Assembly: GCA_051003195.1 (NCBI GenBank) | Contig: JBPCLP010000045.1 | Location: 32,001-96,000, forward strand | Reading direction: 5' to 3' | Length of the DNA stretch: 64,000 nt | From: Candidatus Sumerlaeaceae bacterium | Lineage (GTDB): Bacteria > Sumerlaeota > Sumerlaeia > Sumerlaeales > Sumerlaeaceae | Part shown: piece by piece, positions 1 through 9,178 of the stretch | How positions within the stretch are numbered: the stretch's first letter is position 1 | Layout: the number at the start of each line of letters is the position of its first letter | The notes under the pieces: generated by a model | The model's input: the letters and a program-made list of their open reading frames with translations, nothing else | What the model was told of the DNA's origin: nothing | The model's database searches: none | Translations under genes and position numbers: made by a program

Positions 1-299
1 AGAAAGCAGCCAACTTTGCCAGTAGCCCGTGCATAGCCAGCGGCCATAAATCCGGCGCCCTGCTCGTTCGCGGGTACAATGAGGCGGACCGGGTCCTTCT
101 CAGCACCCTGTTCGCGCTGCTGCGCATTAAAAGTGAAAATGGCATCGTAAGTGGGAAGAATCGCCCCACCTGAATACCCGAAGATGGTATCTACGCCTTC
201 GTCCGCCAGTACCTGGATGATCATCTCCGCACCTTTCATGGTACGTCCGGCGAGCGGATGCGGCGCCGAGCTGGCGTGTTCGAGTCTATTTGGCTCCAT
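1..299 (-). CDS. ilvB: Acetolactate synthase large subunit, N-terminal part (runs off the window edge)
   Basis: Manual translation from ATG at 299: MEPNR...KGAEMIIQVLADEGVDTIFGYSGGAILPTYDA...PANEQGAGFMAAGYARATGKVGCF, the TPP-enzyme N-terminal signature. Not in the ORF track because it is truncated. Confidence 0.92.
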   Translation of the reverse strand, partial: MEPNRLEHASSAPHPLAGRTMKGAEMIIQVLADEGVDTIFGYSGGAILPTYDAIFTFNAQQREQGAEKDPVRLIVPANEQGAGFMAAGYARATGKVGCF

Positions 300-506
300 T
301 GGCGTAGCTCTTTCTTCTCCTCTTAGGGGCTTAGCCCCTTGCAGTTGCATCTGCGCTACAGCGCTGGCGCCGCGGCATTTGGTGGCAGGTGAAATAGCGC
401 GTAAAGATGCTGAGCTGGAATGCGCAGTTTTCGGCGAAACTTAGTCAAGTGAGTTGAGAACCCGAGGAACTACTGTGTCTGCCACGCTTAAGCCAGAGCA
501 TCGTCG

Positions 507-2426
507 GTGAGCATCCGGGTTGACACGGCAAATCTCCTGCTTAATAGTGTCAATGAAAGGAAGCTTCTCCACTTGTCTAACTTTGCCATCACCGAACAAA
601 ACGATTTGCGAATCGCGGCACCAGGGACCGACTCCGTGCCCACATTGCCTCCGCAACCAGCGGAAGAATTTAAGCCCGAACCGGTGTCGCTGGATATCGA
701 TATGATCCGCCGCTCGTTTCGACAGCCTGTGAAGCCGTATACAGGCGACGCGGGTGGCGGGATGGCAGCGATGCTCACGCCTGTGATTCCGGTCGTGTAT
801 TTCATGCTGCTCGCGGGACTCGCCTACTGTCTCCTCATGCTGCTTTTTCGCACGGAGCCCGAGCTAAAAGCCGGCCTGCCTTCGATCCGTGGATTCCTTT
901 CGTGGGCCGCGCCCATAGCTGCGTCATTCGCGATGCTTTATTATATGATAAAGCCGCTGTTCCTGAAGAAGTCGGAAATGGAAAAGGGCAAGGAACTGAG
1001 CCGGGCGCAGCAGCCGCTGCTATTTGCGTTTGTTGACCATGTCGCAAAGACAACTGGCGTTCCGCCGCCCGCACGAATCTATGTCGATTGTGGCATGACG
1101 ATGCGCGCCCAGGCAGTTACTCTCAAGACTGCTTCCGGCACGGAATTTCGGCTGGAGTTGACGATCGGCCTTACAGGTCTGTCTGCGTTTAACACTCGAA
1201 AACTGGCGGCTGCAATTTGCTGCGAGCTGGCCCGATTTCGTGATGGAGGTGGCGCCGCTCTTCGCGTGGAGAAGATCGCCGCATGGCTCAAGCGCATTGT
1301 GATGTACCGCGATTCGTTCGATCATACCCTGGAGGAGTTTTCAGAGAAACCGAACCGCATCATTCGGACTGTCGCGGTGTTCATGCGCTGGATGGTGCGT
1401 GTGATCAGGGGGTTGCTGGATGGAATGCTTGCCACGGTCTGCACACTGGGGCGAACCTGCGTAAAGCAGAAGCAATTCGGTGCAGATCACCTGGCGGCCC
1501 AGTTGTCCGGGCCTATCGACTTTAACGGGTTACTTATGCAACTGCAGGCGCTGCGGATTACCGCCGGCATAGCCGAGCGGAATCTAAAGCGTATTATCAA
1601 TGACTCGCTTCCAGCAAACTGGCCCGGCTTTGTCGCCGCGTCGCAGGCGAATATTCCCCAGGAAGTACGTCGCCCATTCCAGCAGCAGATGGACGACGCG
1701 GAATCTAAGCAGCCAACCCTTGGCGCGACTCGCAGCGAGCGCCTGAGCCACCTCGCGGGGATGGAACGTGTACCGCTCCTGAGTCTCGATGTGCCGGCAG
1801 AGAACCTGCTTCTGGATTACGAAGACGTCTGTACAGAAGTTACAATTCAACATTACCAGTGCATCTATGGCGATGAATATCGCAAGGCGTGGCTACGCCC
1901 CAATCCGGAATTCATGTCGCAAATTGGGTACTCAATCTACAAACCGGATACGCGCGACACGATGATCGACTATCATGAGGGTGACCGCTGGCAGCCATGG
2001 CGCAAGCGCCTGTCGACCGTGGGCGGGATAGTAATGACAGTCGGCCTCGTCGTTCATACGGGGTTCCAGCTCGCGAGTGCGAGCGAACCCATGGAAACAA
2101 AGTACCGACGTTATATCGGATCTGGGGTACTGGTGCGCGGCGGAACCGTGCGGGAGGTACTTGACGTAAAGTTCTACGATAAAGATGAGGTCGTCGGTTA
2201 CGATCCCGACAGAGAGACCGACGTGCTGGCGCCCGCCACAGGATGGTACTATGACACGGGCCAGGCAAAGGTCGTTTTGTGCAAAAAAGCTGTGTTCCTG
2301 GATGGTATCGACCAGGAGACGGAGGACGAGAAGATCGTTCGTGAACAGTTTGAAATCAATGAGAGCATCATGAGGAAGAACGCCGAAGCAGATGTCGGCA
2401 GTACGCCGGACGTGCCGGTCGAGTAG
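507..2426 (+). CDS. Membrane protein of the M48/HtpX peptidase-like family with a degenerate zinc motif
   Basis: Two N-terminal TM helices, QPLLFAFVDHVAKTTGVPPPARIYV, LTIGL and QFGADHLAA match the M48 layout. The HExxH position reads CELAR. Start codon uncertain. Confidence 0.7.
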   Translation: MSIRVDTANLLLNSVNERKLLHLSNFAITEQNDLRIAAPGTDSVPTLPPQPAEEFKPEPVSLDIDMIRRSFRQPVKPYTGDAGGGMAAMLTPVIPVVYFMLLAGLAYCLLMLLFRTEPELKAGLPSIRGFLSWAAPIAASFAMLYYMIKPLFLKKSEMEKGKELSRAQQPLLFAFVDHVAKTTGVPPPARIYVDCGMTMRAQAVTLKTASGTEFRLELTIGLTGLSAFNTRKLAAAICCELARFRDGGGAALRVEKIAAWLKRIVMYRDSFDHTLEEFSEKPNRIIRTVAVFMRWMVRVIRGLLDGMLATVCTLGRTCVKQKQFGADHLAAQLSGPIDFNGLLMQLQALRITAGIAERNLKRIINDSLPANWPGFVAASQANIPQEVRRPFQQQMDDAESKQPTLGATRSERLSHLAGMERVPLLSLDVPAENLLLDYEDVCTEVTIQHYQCIYGDEYRKAWLRPNPEFMSQIGYSIYKPDTRDTMIDYHEGDRWQPWRKRLSTVGGIVMTVGLVVHTGFQLASASEPMETKYRRYIGSGVLVRGGTVREVLDVKFYDKDEVVGYDPDRETDVLAPATGWYYDTGQAKVVLCKKAVFLDGIDQETEDEKIVREQFEINESIMRKNAEADVGSTPDVPVE

Positions 2427-2475
2427 ATCCCGGGCTAACGAGACACTACAACCACGACCGATACATAGTGTTTTC

Positions 2476-2512
2476 AAAATAAAACCCCCGCCGGAGCAAG
2501 CGCCTCGGCGGG
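2476..2512 (-). terminator. Probable intrinsic terminator of the desaturase gene
   Basis: CCCGCCG/CGGCGGG stem (2487-2493/2506-2512) with an A-rich run on its left (U-tract on the minus strand), between convergent genes. Confidence 0.6.
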
Positions 2513-2553
2513 AGTCGATTTTTAGAGTGTCCGTAGAAGCGGCCGCTTAGCGC

Positions 2554-3504
2554 TTAAGCAGCCGGTTGAGCCTGCTGATTCTTTTCAGCCTCGAGGTAGA
2601 TACTCTGCGGTGGCTTCTGCAAATCCCACACGAGCCCCAGCCATGCCAGCCCGCGCAGGATGTAATGGCTCATGTCGATTTCCCACCAGTAAAAGCCCTG
2701 GCGCTCCGAATACGGGCATCGGTGGTGGTTATTATGCCAGCCTTCGCCAAGCGTGAGCACAGCCAGGAAGAAATTGTTCCGGCTGTGATCGTTGGTGTCG
2801 AACCGACGCCAGCCAACCACATGGGCCAGCGAATTGATACAGAAGGTGCAGTGGTATAGCAGCGTGGTGCTGATGAAGAAACCCCATACCAGCATCTGGA
2901 ATCCGTTTGTGTGCAGGCCCGGAGCAAAGTGCGCGAGCAGGGTACCGAATCCATACACCGCCAGCGCAAAAGCGATGGGCGGCAGGATGTGGAAGTTATT
3001 CAGGAAGCGCAGCTCGGGATACTTGGCAAAATCCGGAATAGCCTTTACGTTCGTGGGCTCGTATTTCTTACACATGATCCATCCCACGTGCGACCAGAAG
3101 AATCCCTTCTGAATGGGAGAGTGAATGTCTTCCGGCTCATCCGAATGGCGGTGGTGATGCCGGTGATGCGCTGCCCACCACAAGGGCCCCTGTTGAGCAG
3201 ATGAAGTTCCCAGCCAGGCGAGTACAAACTGGAACACGCGGCTGGTTTTGTAAGTCCTGTGCGCAAAGTAGCGGTGAAACACACCTGTAATTCCGAACAT
3301 GCGAATGGTGTAGGTGAATACAAACATCGCGGCGGCAGCCCAGCTTACGCCTGTATAGAACGCCATCAAACAGGCTAGATGCACTCCGATGAAGGCGGAG
3401 GCGCCAATCCAATCGGGACGTTCATCGTCCTCTACCTCTCCAACGTTTATGGGGTCGGCATACGTGGTTGGGGCGGTCGAGGTGTATTCGGTGGTTTTCG
3501 GCAA
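2554..3504 (-). CDS. Delta-9 acyl-CoA/acyl-lipid fatty acid desaturase
   Basis: His boxes HRYFAH, HRHHH and GEGWHNNHH, plus WWEID and TM segments. Confidence 0.93.
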   Translation of the reverse strand: MPKTTEYTSTAPTTYADPINVGEVEDDERPDWIGASAFIGVHLACLMAFYTGVSWAAAAMFVFTYTIRMFGITGVFHRYFAHRTYKTSRVFQFVLAWLGTSSAQQGPLWWAAHHRHHHRHSDEPEDIHSPIQKGFFWSHVGWIMCKKYEPTNVKAIPDFAKYPELRFLNNFHILPPIAFALAVYGFGTLLAHFAPGLHTNGFQMLVWGFFISTTLLYHCTFCINSLAHVVGWRRFDTNDHSRNNFFLAVLTLGEGWHNNHHRCPYSERQGFYWWEIDMSHYILRGLAWLGLVWDLQKPPQSIYLEAEKNQQAQPAA

Positions 3505-3725
3505 ATCAATCTCCTATAAGTGCGGTGTTTTCAGGATGGTGGGTCCTGAATATTGCTGACGCGTGGCTAACGAGACATTCGTATAGTCCATGCGCAAGTA
3601 CTCTCCGGTGCACGTATATTTTATACCAATCAATACTTTTCCACAGCAGCCAATACGAGAGATGTAAGCATTCTCCAGACCAGAACTGGCGTAAAAATTA
3701 GTGTGATTACCTAAGCTGTACGTAC

Positions 3726-4322
3726 TCAGGGATTCAGTCTTATGATGCGCCAGCCAGCACCGGGATCTGTTCGTGTAAAAATGAAACGGTCGTGCAGACG
3801 ATTCTCACCATTGTACCAGAATTCAATCTGCGTTGGCGTAATGCGGTATCCACCCCAGTGCGGCGGTCGCGGAATCTCCTGCCCGGAGTAAAGTTGTTCA
3901 AGCTCGGCCACGCGTTCGATCAGAGTCTCGCGACTGTCCAAGGGCTCGCTCTGCTTAGACGCCCACGCACCGATCTGGCTTGCGCGTGCACGCGATGCAA
4001 AGTATGCGTCGGACTCCACCGCCGAAACTTTCCGCGCATGTCCATCGATTCGCACCTGCCGCCCGATCCACGGCCAGTAAAAGTTCAGACACACACGTGG
4101 ATTCCCGGCAAGTTCGCTGCCTTTTCGTCCCAGATAGTTCGTGTAAAACACGAAGCCATGGGGATCAAATCCTTTAAGCAGAACCACCCGTGCGGTCGGC
4201 TGGTTGTGCTCGTTGGCAGTCGCGAGTACACCAGCCGTGTGATCACTCGGTGCATCCTTTGCAGCCAGGCAATACGTCTCCGCAAATACGGCGTAGGGGT
4301 CTGAATCTGCGGGAAGTTCCAC
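3726..4322 (-). CDS. pdxH: Pyridoxine/pyridoxamine 5'-phosphate oxidase
   Basis: ARVVLLKGFD, FYTNY, YFASRARASQIGAWASKQS, RPPHWGGY, EFWYNGENRLHDR. Confidence 0.95.
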   Translation of the reverse strand: MELPADSDPYAVFAETYCLAAKDAPSDHTAGVLATANEHNQPTARVVLLKGFDPHGFVFYTNYLGRKGSELAGNPRVCLNFYWPWIGRQVRIDGHARKVSAVESDAYFASRARASQIGAWASKQSEPLDSRETLIERVAELEQLYSGQEIPRPPHWGGYRITPTQIEFWYNGENRLHDRFIFTRTDPGAGWRIIRLNP

Positions 4323-4341
4323 TACGGCGGCGTTCCGGACA

Positions 4342-6417
4342 TCAAAAGATCAGCATCTCTTTGATGGTCTTCTTGATGATGTTCTCCGGGGCTTTCGGTC
4401 CGCTGAGGTACTGCTGGGTAAAGTCTGCTCCAAGCTGCGCCGCTGCCTGCACGGGATCCGAATCCTGGGTTTTGATAACGGGGAAAATTCCCAGCGCCAG
4501 GGACTCGTAAAGTCTGTCGCGGTAATATGCCGGCTCAAGCGTCAGGCGATAAGCCAGTTCTGGTTCGTAATCCATGTAGAATGGCAGCATTCGAAATTGC
4601 TTCGTCTCATCATAAAGTTGCTGCTGACGGGCGGTTACATACAACGGAACGCGGGGTGCGCCCGTCCGTTCCTGCTGGCGGAAGAAGAATTGCTCACGCA
4701 GGCGCAGGATTTCAGGGTCGGCCATGAACAGGAGCCACTTGAATGCGGCAGCGCGTCGATCCCTGTCTAACTGAGAGTTTGCGACCAGGCATTTCCCGTA
4801 AGTCAGGTGATATCCATTCTTCGGGCCACGAGGAAGCGCAGCGATGCCAATGTCATCCAGCGACATACCCAGTTTCAGCAAACGCTGTATTGTAACAGCA
4901 TCGGCCGGCAGCATCATCATCGCGAGTTTGCCCTCGGCAAACAGGCGGATCAATCCATCGTAGGTGCACTTTTCCGGAGGAGGCATTACATCGAAGCGCC
5001 AGCGCAGATCCTTAAGAAATTGCGCCACCTCCGCAGCGGCCGGAGTGTTCACTTCCAACTGCACGGTTCCCGAGGTTGAAGTCTGGATCTGCAGCCCAGC
5101 CTGTACAGCCCACTGACAAAACTCACGGCCGCCTTCTTTGGCAAACAATACGGGCGCATAGCCATACACGCCTGTGTCATGGTCTGTCAGTTTAACCGCG
5201 AAACGAATGAAGGTGTCCCAGTCCCTGGGTAGTCCTTCCGTACGAATGGTGCTGGTAACGTGTTCCTCTACCTTTGTTTCCGTTGTTTGCAGAGAGGCTG
5301 CTTCTGCCTCGCTCGTCAGCACATCCTCGTTAAGTGTCGCATCTGCTTTTCGGCTGCGGGTTGTGTGCTCATCGCGGCGCCGACCCAGCGAGCCCGGTTC
5401 TGCGGAAACGGGCGCTTCATCACGGTCACGACGCCGCCGCTGCCGCGCGTCGTCTTCATCCGGAGGAGCGTAGAGCGTCGGCTGCTGGCGGCCGTAGCGC
5501 GGGTCCTGCTGCTGGTTATCATAAGGATTATACCCTTGGGAACCCTGCTGCTGCTGCTGGTACTGGTATGTTTGCGAAGAACCGCGCCTGCGGGATGAGG
5601 GCTGCTGCGGCTGCATGTTGTAGTAATCCTGGACCTCCTGGCGGCCTCGGCGTGAAGACTGCTGCTGCGGGTCTTCTTCCTCGCGCGGCTGATAGTAGCC
5701 GCGTTGCTGCGGATAGTACTGCGCGAGCACCATGGGTTCATCTTCCAGGAAGTCGCGTGGTTCTGCATCCGCTCCTTTGCCCTTTTTCTTTTCGGGGGAT
5801 TTCTTTTCGGTGCCGGTCGTCTCTTCTTTGGGAGGCGGGGATGGGTGCAATGCCCGGTCCACAATCTTTCGGTTAAAGAACAGCGCCATTGTGTGCAACT
5901 CCAGCGGGACGCCATACGTACGGCCATTGCGGCTGACGACGCGGAACACTTCCGGATTCATCGCTCGTATTTGATCCGACAACGCGACGTTTTCGGTCAG
6001 GTCGGCAGCGGCGTTAAGGTCGATGATTGGCGGCATCTGTGAAACGTCCACTTCCACGACGTCAGTCAGTGTGCCGTTCCTGGCGCGCTCGATAAAGCTA
6101 TCCGGCGAGTACTGCCACGGGCTGTATTGCACGGAAATGTCCGGGTTCCGCTGCTCAAAAAGCTCGACGAGCTGCTGGACGAAATCCTGCTCCAGCGGCT
6201 GGTCCGCTTCGGGGAAATTGTTGAGCGTCAGGGTCGTGCGCTTGTGACCGCCAGCTCCGAGAGCGGAACTGCGATCCGCGGCCGCGATGGTCTTGGCCAC
6301 TATCAGGTCTGCATCCGCCTCCGGAGAAACGTGAGGGCTAAGGAACTCCTTACAGCCAAATAGCAGCGTCACTCCAAGGACGGCAGTAGCCACCGCGGCA
6401 AGGCGATTCATACTCAC
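4342..6417 (-). CDS. Sugar-type ABC extracellular solute-binding lipoprotein with a ~200 aa low-complexity insertion
   Basis: Lipobox LLFGC; NGRTYGVP, ALFFNRK, LPRDWDTF, FAEGKLAMM. GTGA overlap with the purD stop. Confidence 0.8.
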   Translation of the reverse strand: MSMNRLAAVATAVLGVTLLFGCKEFLSPHVSPEADADLIVAKTIAAADRSSALGAGGHKRTTLTLNNFPEADQPLEQDFVQQLVELFEQRNPDISVQYSPWQYSPDSFIERARNGTLTDVVEVDVSQMPPIIDLNAAADLTENVALSDQIRAMNPEVFRVVSRNGRTYGVPLELHTMALFFNRKIVDRALHPSPPPKEETTGTEKKSPEKKKGKGADAEPRDFLEDEPMVLAQYYPQQRGYYQPREEEDPQQQSSRRGRQEVQDYYNMQPQQPSSRRRGSSQTYQYQQQQQGSQGYNPYDNQQQDPRYGRQQPTLYAPPDEDDARQRRRRDRDEAPVSAEPGSLGRRRDEHTTRSRKADATLNEDVLTSEAEAASLQTTETKVEEHVTSTIRTEGLPRDWDTFIRFAVKLTDHDTGVYGYAPVLFAKEGGREFCQWAVQAGLQIQTSTSGTVQLEVNTPAAAEVAQFLKDLRWRFDVMPPPEKCTYDGLIRLFAEGKLAMMMLPADAVTIQRLLKLGMSLDDIGIAALPRGPKNGYHLTYGKCLVANSQLDRDRRAAAFKWLLFMADPEILRLREQFFFRQQERTGAPRVPLYVTARQQQLYDETKQFRMLPFYMDYEPELAYRLTLEPAYYRDRLYESLALGIFPVIKTQDSDPVQAAAQLGADFTQQYLSGPKAPENIIKKTIKEMLIF

Positions 6418-7703
6418 AGTCGGGCTAATGCCTTTCGCCCGATGTCCTTACGAAAGTGTGCGCCCTCGAACCGGATCTTCTCCACTTCCTTGTAGACGGT
6501 ATCCATGGCCCTGGGCAGAGAGCGGCCCAGGGCGGTGATTGCCAGCACACGCCCGCCCGCAGTGACAATATCCGCGCCGCGCTGCTCGGTGGCTGCGTGA
6601 AAAACGAGCGCGCGGTCTGCAGCTTCCACATCTTCCATTCCGCGAATGATTGCTCCTCGCTCGGGGTGCTCGGGATATCCTTTCGCAGCTATTACGACGC
6701 AGACACAACTCTCATCCCGCCACTCCAGTGAGTGTTCGTGCAGCGTGCCCTCGCACACTGCTTCAACGATTCCCACCAGGTCATTGTTTAACCGTGGCAA
6801 CACTGCCTGGGTCTCAGGATCTCCGAAGCGGCAATTGAATTCCAGTACCTGGGGTCCTTCTTCGGTGATCATCAGGCCGACAAAAATTACGCCGCGGTAA
6901 AGAATACCCCGAGTTTGCAGCTCTTCCTGCATCGGCTGCAGGATCGTCTCGTTAATTTCTTCCATCAGTTCGTCTGAAAGCAACGGCGCGGGAGAATAGG
7001 CGCCCATGCCGCCGGTGTTCGGGCCAAGGTCGTTATCGTGAAGCTGCTTGTGATCCTGCGCGCCTGCCAGTGGAAGCAGCACGTTTCCATCAGTCAGGAC
7101 CAACAACGACGCCTCTTCGCCGACCAGAAATTCTTCCACGAGAACACTGCTACTGGCATCACCGAACTGGTGCTCCTGCAGATTGGCGCGGATCGCATCG
7201 GTGGCTTCTTCGAGCGTGCGGGCGATTACGACTCCCTTGCCGGCGGCAAGGCCGTCGGCCTTTACGACAAGAGGCGCACCGAGCTTGCTCGCAAATGCGA
7301 TAGCCTTATCGGCATCCTGAAAGCTTTGCCACCGTGCAGTTGGGATGCGCGCATGTTCCATGAACTGCTTCGCGAATGCTTTGCTGGATTCCAGTTGGGC
7401 AGCTTCCCGCGTGGGCCCAAACACCTTGAGCCCCGCGGCTTCGAAGGCGTTGGTGATTCCTTCCGCGAGTGGTCCCTCGGGTCCAACAATCGTGTAATCG
7501 ATGTCATGGTCGAGCGCGCGCTGCACAAGCCGTGAAAAATTCGTGCCGAAATCGGCCGGGAAAGTAATCGCATCCCGTGCGATGCCGGCGTTGCCCGGCG
7601 TGCAGTAAACTTCGGCAAGCCGCCGGCTCTGTCGAAGCTTCCAGATAATCGCGTGCTCGCGCGCCCCACCGCCAACCACCAGGATCTTTTTTCGGTCACT
7701 CAC
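6414..7703 (-). CDS. purD: Phosphoribosylamine-glycine ligase
   Basis: ILVVGGGAREHA, VVKADGLAAGKGV, QDHK, GPNTGGMGAYSP, EFNCRFGDPETQ. Start placed at GTG 7703. Confidence 0.97.
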   Translation of the reverse strand: MSDRKKILVVGGGAREHAIIWKLRQSRRLAEVYCTPGNAGIARDAITFPADFGTNFSRLVQRALDHDIDYTIVGPEGPLAEGITNAFEAAGLKVFGPTREAAQLESSKAFAKQFMEHARIPTARWQSFQDADKAIAFASKLGAPLVVKADGLAAGKGVVIARTLEEATDAIRANLQEHQFGDASSSVLVEEFLVGEEASLLVLTDGNVLLPLAGAQDHKQLHDNDLGPNTGGMGAYSPAPLLSDELMEEINETILQPMQEELQTRGILYRGVIFVGLMITEEGPQVLEFNCRFGDPETQAVLPRLNNDLVGIVEAVCEGTLHEHSLEWRDESCVCVVIAAKGYPEHPERGAIIRGMEDVEAADRALVFHAATEQRGADIVTAGGRVLAITALGRSLPRAMDTVYKEVEKIRFEGAHFRKDIGRKALARL

Positions 7704-7904
7704 GCGTGCGAGAATCCGACGCTGCACCGGGTTGGTCCAGTAGTTTCTTTTGCACGACAGCCACGATGATCCGCAAAGTGGCTTTTTTACAGCGGGTGCT
7801 GGAAAACCTCATCATATTAGTGCTTGCCCTTGTCGCCCCTCAACCGAAGCACCTTGCGCGATACGAGCCGGCTTACGCCAGCACGCCATCAGAATTCGCA
7901 CCGG

Positions 7905-8924
7905 ATGAAGACATTGCCACGCTCTCTAAGTTACAAGGACTCTGGAGTCGATATATCCGAAGGCGATCGCGTCGTCGACTTTGTGCGATCCCGCAACCGC
8001 AACATTGGCGGTTTCAGCGCCTTGATGCCGATACCTAAAGGGTACAAGCGTCCGCTGCTTGTTGCATCGACAGACGGCGTTGGTACGAAGCTGCTCGTTG
8101 CGAAGGCTGCGGGCCAATTGAACACCATCGGGATCGATCTTGTCGCAATGGTGGTTAACGATCTCCTCGTCTGCGGAGCAAAACCGCTATTCTTCCTGGA
8201 TTATTACGCAACCGGCAAGCTGAACGCGCGCGAAGCGAAGCAGGTGCTGGAAGGAATTTTCCACGGATGCGAGCAGGCTGGGTGTCCGCTCATCGGTGGC
8301 GAGACGGCGGAACTGCCGGGCCTATACAAGAGCGGCGATTTTGACCTCGCCGGATTCGGAGTGGGCATTGTGGAAGCAGACCGGGTGATTGACGGTTCAC
8401 GTATCGAAGAGGGCGACCTCGTGTACGGCTTCGGTTCCTCAGGCCTGCACTCAAACGGCTACTCACTAGCCCGGCGCGCTCTGCTCGACAAGGCCGGTTT
8501 AACGTTGAAGAGCAAAGTGCCCGGTGCCGGCAACAGCAGTTTGCAACGCGTGCTGATGACACCTACGAAAATCTACAGTGCTCTTATCGCCCGACTGCTT
8601 AAGGGGAGGATAGACATCCGTGGGCTTGCACACATAACCGGCGGCGGCATACCCGGAAATCTGAACCGCGTGTTGCCTGGCGATCTCGATGCGCGGGTGG
8701 AGTGGGGAAGCTGGCCTGTCCATCCGATCTTCCGGCTCATTGAGCAACGAGGGCCCGTTTCACGCGCGGAAATGCTTAAAACGTTTAATATGGGTCTTGG
8801 AATGATGGCGGTTGCCCCGGCGCGGCAACGCAGCGCAATCGAGCGTGCCGCTGCAGCCGCAGGTGAGACGGTCCAGGTGGTCGGAGTTCTTGTACCTGGA
8901 TCAGGCCAAGTTACGGTTCACTAG
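7905..8924 (+). CDS. purM: Phosphoribosylformylglycinamidine cyclo-ligase (AIR synthase)
   Basis: SYKDSGVD, STDGVGTKL, GGETAELPG, SSGLHSNGYSL, HITGGG, TFNMG. Start placed at ATG 7905. Confidence 0.97.
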   Translation: MKTLPRSLSYKDSGVDISEGDRVVDFVRSRNRNIGGFSALMPIPKGYKRPLLVASTDGVGTKLLVAKAAGQLNTIGIDLVAMVVNDLLVCGAKPLFFLDYYATGKLNAREAKQVLEGIFHGCEQAGCPLIGGETAELPGLYKSGDFDLAGFGVGIVEADRVIDGSRIEEGDLVYGFGSSGLHSNGYSLARRALLDKAGLTLKSKVPGAGNSSLQRVLMTPTKIYSALIARLLKGRIDIRGLAHITGGGIPGNLNRVLPGDLDARVEWGSWPVHPIFRLIEQRGPVSRAEMLKTFNMGLGMMAVAPARQRSAIERAAAAAGETVQVVGVLVPGSGQVTVH

Positions 8925-9178
8925 GCCATCTAAACCCTTTAGAGCCAGACACCTGGATATCTTTCGCTGAACGCGACTTCTTTCCGGGCTTTTACAGAAC
9001 AAAAAACCTATTTTCTTTTCTGACGATTTCGTGTTGTGGTCATATATACACGCTGGGCCACCGCCCGGTGGACCGTGGTTGATGCCTGCCCTCAAGATGC
9101 TTTGAGGGCTTGCCTTCGCAAAACCCCATATGTAAAAGTTTGGGCATAAACTGCTCTATTTGTAAGGAAGCCTGTTCC

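Noticed and set aside
151..444. 97-aa plus-strand ORF
   Set aside because: Antisense shadow of ilvB, which has clear motifs on the minus strand.
465..475. AGGAACTACTG matching the core of the 21-bp repeat
   Set aside because: Only 11 bp match and the flanks differ; could be chance.
300..506. Possible ilv attenuator (GGGGC-tta-GCCCC hairpin)
   Set aside because: No Ile/Leu/Val-rich leader peptide or U-tract terminator seen.
9058..9110. Two hairpins upstream of the M36 gene, considered as a riboswitch
   Set aside because: No recognisable aptamer consensus; noted only as possible leader structure.
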